Shown in pieces: positions 58,805 through 64,000 of a stretch of DNA of 64,000 bases (position 1 is the stretch's first letter; each line of letters starts with the position of its first letter). Source of the stretch: Nemertoderma westbladi (Eukaryota; Animalia; Xenacoelomorpha); assembly GCA_032718475.1 (NCBI GenBank), contig JAUCBJ010001382.1:28843-92842 (forward strand). The letters are read 5' to 3'. A model generated the notes under the pieces. The model was not told where the DNA came from, did no database searches, and worked only from the letters and a program-made list of their open reading frames with translations. The translations under genes and the position numbers were made by a program.

Positions 58805-59237
58805 CAGCGTCTGGAGTGGGTGTGTGACTATATTATTTTATATTTGTTTTTATTATTTTATATTTATGTATGTATTATTATGTAATTTTATTATAATCGT
58901 TTTCTTTAATTTTATTTAGTAGAATGTTATTTTAGCGATTATTTAGTAGATTAGTGCAATATATATTCGCGTTTATTACTTAATTACTTATATATTATAT
59001 ATTTAGTGCGACGGCGAGAAATAATTATTTTTCTCTTTCCTTACTGTCCGTATTACATTACAAATACGTAACTACAGTAAGATGAAATATCCGTACTTAT
59101 TAAAGTACAATAAAGCTCCTACTATATCTAAGTATTATTGGTAGGCAGAATATTAGGAATGCAAAGTTCAGATCCTCGTGTCTCGGCTAAACCAAGCTCT
59201 GGGTAGACCTTGGAAACGACTTGCCTCTTCACACTGA

Positions 59238-62201
59238 CATATTATATTCAATGATATTGATCCTGACATAAATTTAGATAATAACAATATTTCTCGGGGT
59301 TATCACACAGCTGATACTTTTAATAAAGAATTCGGTAACTTAGAGAACTCTAAGTCGTTCTCGGCTTTTCATGTCAATAGCCAAAGCCTACCAACACATA
59401 AGTGTGAAATATCAAATTTTTTCCAAACTTTGTCGAGTGATTTCGATGTGTTGACATTTTCTGAAACATTTATGAGCACTTCTTCGGACCCCTCAGAAAT
59501 TACTTTTCCAGGTTATGAGTTGGTCTCACAGGATAGGCGTGACACAAAACGAGGCGGCACTGCAATTTTCATTCGAGATGAGTTCGATTTTATTGAACGT
59601 ACTGATTTACGAATATCGGGACCTGAGAATTGCTGGATCGAAGTAAAACGTCCCCATCCAAATAAACCTCTAATAATAGGATGTATGTATGTTTCCCAAA
59701 CAGTTGACCGTAATAATTTTATCGATGATTTGGATAACTTACTATCCATGCTAGCTGATAAAGGCTATGACGTGATCATTACAGGTGACATGAACATCAA
59801 TTTAAAAAAACCTTGTAATTTAACTCTTAATTACCTTCAAACCATAAACTCAAACGGTTTTAAGCAGGTCATTACAAAGCCAACTCGCATTAAAAGTTCT
59901 CCACCATCTTTGCTTGACCATGTCATAACCAATATTAATACATCGATATCTAATGAGGGTGTTTTCCTAACAGAAATTGCCGATCACTTACCGACATTCG
60001 TGATCTTAACAGATTATTCTAATTATTTCAGGCCTGATACTACGAACTTTATTTATGATTATTCAAATTTTGATCATACAACATTTTTAGCTGATTTGTC
60101 AGACATTGACACGTGGACCTATAATAACGCGAATAATCAGTTGAGAGATCGCTTTGATATATTTTATTCAAATTTAGATGCAATATGTCAAAAACATGCC
60201 CCACGCAAAAAAATTCCAAAAAAACTGGTGCCTCATAAACCCTGGCTTACCCAATCACTGGTAAAGTCAATCAATAAAAAAAATAACTTATATGCGAAAT
60301 ACGTTCATAAACAAACCCCGAAAAACCATTTAATATATAAAACATATAGAAATAAACTTACAACAATATTAAGGAGCGCGGAACGGGATTATTATACATC
60401 ACAATTTGATAAAAATAAATCAAATATGCGGAAAACTTGGCGTACTATAAATACTGCTCTTGGTCGAACACCGAAAAAATCCATTCCACGTAAAATATCC
60501 GTGTCTGATGGTAACATTGAGTCATTGATCACTGAACCAGGTGATATTGCCGAAATATTTAATAAATTTTTCACTTCTATAGGTCCTTCTCTCTCCAATG
60601 AAATTCCCATATCTCCCCGTTGTCCTCTGCGACATATTAGGCATAAAAAATCGAACTCCTTTGCACTTATAAAAACGACACCGGTTGAGGTGCAATATTT
60701 TATCTTAGACATAAAAGAAGCCTCAGCTACAAATGATAAATGCCCAATCAAACTTATAAAGCTGGCTGCTCGTATTTTGAGTGAACATATCTCGGAATTA
60801 ATAAATATAAGCATTGTAAATGGTTTTTTTCCAAATTCGCTCAAGCAAGCACAAGTAATACCTGCCTATAAATCTGGTGATCCGCGTTTTACAACTAATT
60901 ACCGTCCAATCTCACTATTACCAGTTATGAGTAAATTATACGAGCGTATAATATATGTCCAGCTAGCTTCATATTTAGATAAGTACCTCATACTAAATAG
61001 TAACCAGTACGGCTTTAGGAAAAAATACACTACGTCGTATGCAATTCTCGATATTGTAGAAAAGCTGCGTGATTTTCTCGATAATAAATTGTCAGCTTGT
61101 ACTATTTTCATTGATCTTAAAAAAGCGTTTGACACGCTGGATCACGCCATCCTAATCAATAAACTGAAAAGCTATGGAGTCAGGGGGATTCCTCTGCAAT
61201 TATTTTCTGACTACTTATCTAATCGTGCACAATTTGTAACACTGGATGGATTCAACTCATCACTACAACCAATACTTTGTGGAATACCACAGGGATCGAT
61301 CCTTGGACCGATCTTGTTCCTGATTTATGTAAACGACCTCCCAAACGCCACATCCTTCTTGACAACCCTTTTTGCTGATGATACAAGTCTAATTAAACAT
61401 TTAAATAACTTACCAGAATTAATTTCCTCCGTAAACCACGATATAAATGACATTGTAGATTGGTTAATTGATAATAAACTTTCACTCAATCTCAAGAAAA
61501 CAGAATATACATTATTCTCTAACTCAACACTCTCCCAGGATTCTCTGCCCAAAGTAAAAATTAAAGGTGCAGAAATTTCCAAAGTTAGCTACACAAAATA
61601 CCTTGGAGTTTTAATTGATAGTAAACTTAACTTTAAAGAGCACATAGCTTACATATTGAAAAAGATTTCCAAATCTGCAGGAATATTTTATAGGCTTCGA
61701 AAAATCTTTCCACTTCATATCTTACGTATGTTGTTCTTTGCACTTATTCATCCATATATACAATATGCTATCGTTATCTGGGGTAGCACTTCATCCACGA
61801 TGTTGAAACCCATACGAGTCAAAGTAAATAAAGTTCTACGAGCAATTACCTTCAGTCACTGGCAATCATCATCGCTCCCGCTTTACCAACAACTAAATAT
61901 CCTCCCCTTAGAACAGTTATATAAATATGAGGTTTGTAAAGTAATGTTTGACGTATATAATAATATTTCCACTCCTCTGACACCGCTATTCCGTAAGGCA
62001 TCTGAGATCCACTCCCACAACACACGCTTTGCAGCCTCTGGTCTATTTCATCCTCCTAAAGTCCGTCTGAAGGTTGCTGAGCAATCACTGTCTTTTCAAG
62101 GACCTCGACTTTGGAACAGTCTAGCAATCTCTTATAGGGAAATCAAGAGTAAACCTGTGTTTCTTAAACTTCTGAAGCATGAATTACTAAAATATGAATA
62201 A
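59238..62201 (+). CDS. CR1/L2-group LINE ORF2 (APE endonuclease + RT), uninterrupted
   Basis: Frame open from 59238 (NDIDPDINL, HVNSQSL); SETF, GDMN, LLDH, ADH; NYRPISLLP, QYGFR, DLKKAFD, PQGSILGP, FADD and YLGV. Confidence 0.92.
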   Translation, partial: HIIFNDIDPDINLDNNNISRGYHTADTFNKEFGNLENSKSFSAFHVNSQSLPTHKCEISNFFQTLSSDFDVLTFSETFMSTSSDPSEITFPGYELVSQDRRDTKRGGTAIFIRDEFDFIERTDLRISGPENCWIEVKRPHPNKPLIIGCMYVSQTVDRNNFIDDLDNLLSMLADKGYDVIITGDMNINLKKPCNLTLNYLQTINSNGFKQVITKPTRIKSSPPSLLDHVITNINTSISNEGVFLTEIADHLPTFVILTDYSNYFRPDTTNFIYDYSNFDHTTFLADLSDIDTWTYNNANNQLRDRFDIFYSNLDAICQKHAPRKKIPKKLVPHKPWLTQSLVKSINKKNNLYAKYVHKQTPKNHLIYKTYRNKLTTILRSAERDYYTSQFDKNKSNMRKTWRTINTALGRTPKKSIPRKISVSDGNIESLITEPGDIAEIFNKFFTSIGPSLSNEIPISPRCPLRHIRHKKSNSFALIKTTPVEVQYFILDIKEASATNDKCPIKLIKLAARILSEHISELINISIVNGFFPNSLKQAQVIPAYKSGDPRFTTNYRPISLLPVMSKLYERIIYVQLASYLDKYLILNSNQYGFRKKYTTSYAILDIVEKLRDFLDNKLSACTIFIDLKKAFDTLDHAILINKLKSYGVRGIPLQLFSDYLSNRAQFVTLDGFNSSLQPILCGIPQGSILGPILFLIYVNDLPNATSFLTTLFADDTSLIKHLNNLPELISSVNHDINDIVDWLIDNKLSLNLKKTEYTLFSNSTLSQDSLPKVKIKGAEISKVSYTKYLGVLIDSKLNFKEHIAYILKKISKSAGIFYRLRKIFPLHILRMLFFALIHPYIQYAIVIWGSTSSTMLKPIRVKVNKVLRAITFSHWQSSSLPLYQQLNILPLEQLYKYEVCKVMFDVYNNISTPLTPLFRKASEIHSHNTRFAASGLFHPPKVRLKVAEQSLSFQGPRLWNSLAISYREIKSKPVFLKLLKHELLKYE

Positions 62202-62905
62202 TAGCAACTACGGTATAACTGTACGCCTAACTAAAATTGTATGCATGACGCAAAATATATTATTTATATATATATGTGTGTGTAGGTATATATGTATGTG
62301 TGTGTATATATATTGTATATATATATGTGTGTATGTGTATATGTGTGTCGTTTGTAATTCATTTATATATCATATCATTTGTGTATGTATGAATGTTATA
62401 TTGGTGTATATATATGTGTATGCGTGTATATTTAATTGCCCCTAGTTGAGTGTATTTCTAACATTTAGAATTTGGGTAATGTTTTCACCCGGGCGCGGGG
62501 TCACGTATATATTTATTATTATTAAATATTATTAAAAAAGAATAATATAGAAATATTAAAATAATATTATTTTTTATTATATTAGTATTATTATTATTAC
62601 TGTATATTTTTATGTTGTAATAGAGGTGTACGTGCGTGCTTCGTAATATTCATACATAGCTATATTTATTATCTGAGTGAGTCTAGCTATGTAGGAATAT
62701 ATAAACAGTGCATGTACGTATATACGTGTCTTTAAGTTACCTAACCACGATATCATTGGTTAATGCTATAATGATTCCACCCGGGTGCGGGGACACATAT
62801 ATATTTATTATGTATATAATTGTATGTCGAATTGGATGTGTAAGTGCGCGTTTGTAATATATACTTAATATATGAATGAGTTGAATATATATAACTGTGT
62901 GTATG

Positions 62906-62938
<33 letters not shown>

Positions 62939-63611
62939 CTTCACGTTACCTAAGTACCATGTCACTTGTAAATGTTTCCACCCGGGCGCGGGGTCACGTA
63001 TATTATTGTATAAAGACTCATGAAGGTGCCTTAGAGTAACCTACCAACCATGTCATTGGTTATGTTTACATCTGGGCACGGGTGCATATATATTTATTAC
63101 GTATGTATATATATTGTGTGTTAGGTTGATGTGACTGTGTGTGTGGATATAATGGTGTATATATGCACATATAGCATGATTGAATATAACTATATGGGAA
63201 TAAATTAATAAATAGTGAATACTTTACACATATATTCGTTCACTCGTGGATACTTTGGAAGGAAGGTGACTACAGGTCATCTAACAGCCACGGCACTGGT
63301 CAATGTTTCCACCCGGGCGCGGGGTCACGTATATATTTATTACATATAGGCCACGTAATTGCCACGTGGATGGTTAATGTTTCTGCTCGGGCGCGGGGTC
63401 ACCTATATATCATTATGTATATTAAAATAAAACATATATATATTCAGTCAATGTGTGTGTGTGTGTGTGTGTATGCATGTGTGTATGTGTGTATATATAT
63501 ATATATACTATCAAAATGTACAGATACCAAATCAAGATATTATCAATCTATATGTATAAATTCGTGTATGTGTGTGCTGGTGTATATATATATGTGTATG
63601 TGTGTGTGTGT

Positions 63612-63642
<31 letters not shown>

Positions 63643-63900
63643 TATATTCAATCAATATATGTATATGTGTTCAATCAGGATATATATTAATATATACATA
63701 CATCTATTCGTAGGTCCATGTAGAAGGTGGCTTAGACCACATAAATGAAATGAACTGTATTGAGTTTTAATTGTAATCGTTTGTCCTATCTATACCAGTA
63801 TTTACACCACCCCCCTAGATGTACCCCTTTCAAATCGCGTGATACCTTGACCTTGGTGACACATTGACAAGATATATATTAATAACTATAAAAAATAAAT
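62202..63900 (+). repeat. Probable LINE 3' region: TA/TG microsatellites interleaved with six copies of a GC-core motif
   Basis: AATGTTTCCACCCGGGCGCGGGGTCAC-like motif at about 62478, 62770, 62971, 63061, 63302 and 63376; AATAAA at about 63894. Confidence 0.65.
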
Positions 63901-64000
63901 CTCAGTGATCTACTACTTTAACTCACTTCCATCTACGCCATTACAACTTATACTAAATCTAAATCTTATTCAAAAGGCTAATATATGGCTCTACCCTATC

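Noticed and set aside
62194-63713. Hydrophobic Y/I/C/V ORFs
   Set aside because: Translations of TA/TG microsatellites.

Overview
AT-rich metazoan (invertebrate-like) genomic DNA, almost entirely transposable elements and tandem repeats; no prokaryotic operons, rRNA or CRISPR. Left third: the 5' end of a minus-strand LTR element (tRNA-Gln PBS), then a near-complete + strand Bel/Pao retrotransposon (gag, pol, extra 3' ORFs). Its long 3' LTR is interrupted by a young, pol-less 8-kb LTR element (567-bp LTRs that look identical, GGGGT TSD). That element has no tRNA PBS but a 9-nt site complementary to its own LTR (Tf1-like self-priming), and a 2.6-kb array of short hairpins. The Bel/Pao 5' UTR and post-pol region are complementary to each other over about 400 nt, and its sense strand is strongly enriched in GGTAAG 5'-splice-site motifs. 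Middle (25.8-44 kb): 14 stop-free, symmetric phase-2 exons of a minus-strand host gene encoding modular coiled-coil units, hidden among satellites, LINE fragments and MITEs and mostly missed by the ORF track. Right third: an LTR fragment, a two-ORF LINE, a decayed and partly duplicated second Bel/Pao element, and a CR1/L2-group LINE with a repeat-laden 3' region. Everything was read by eye: counts are approximate and clade names are motif-based.
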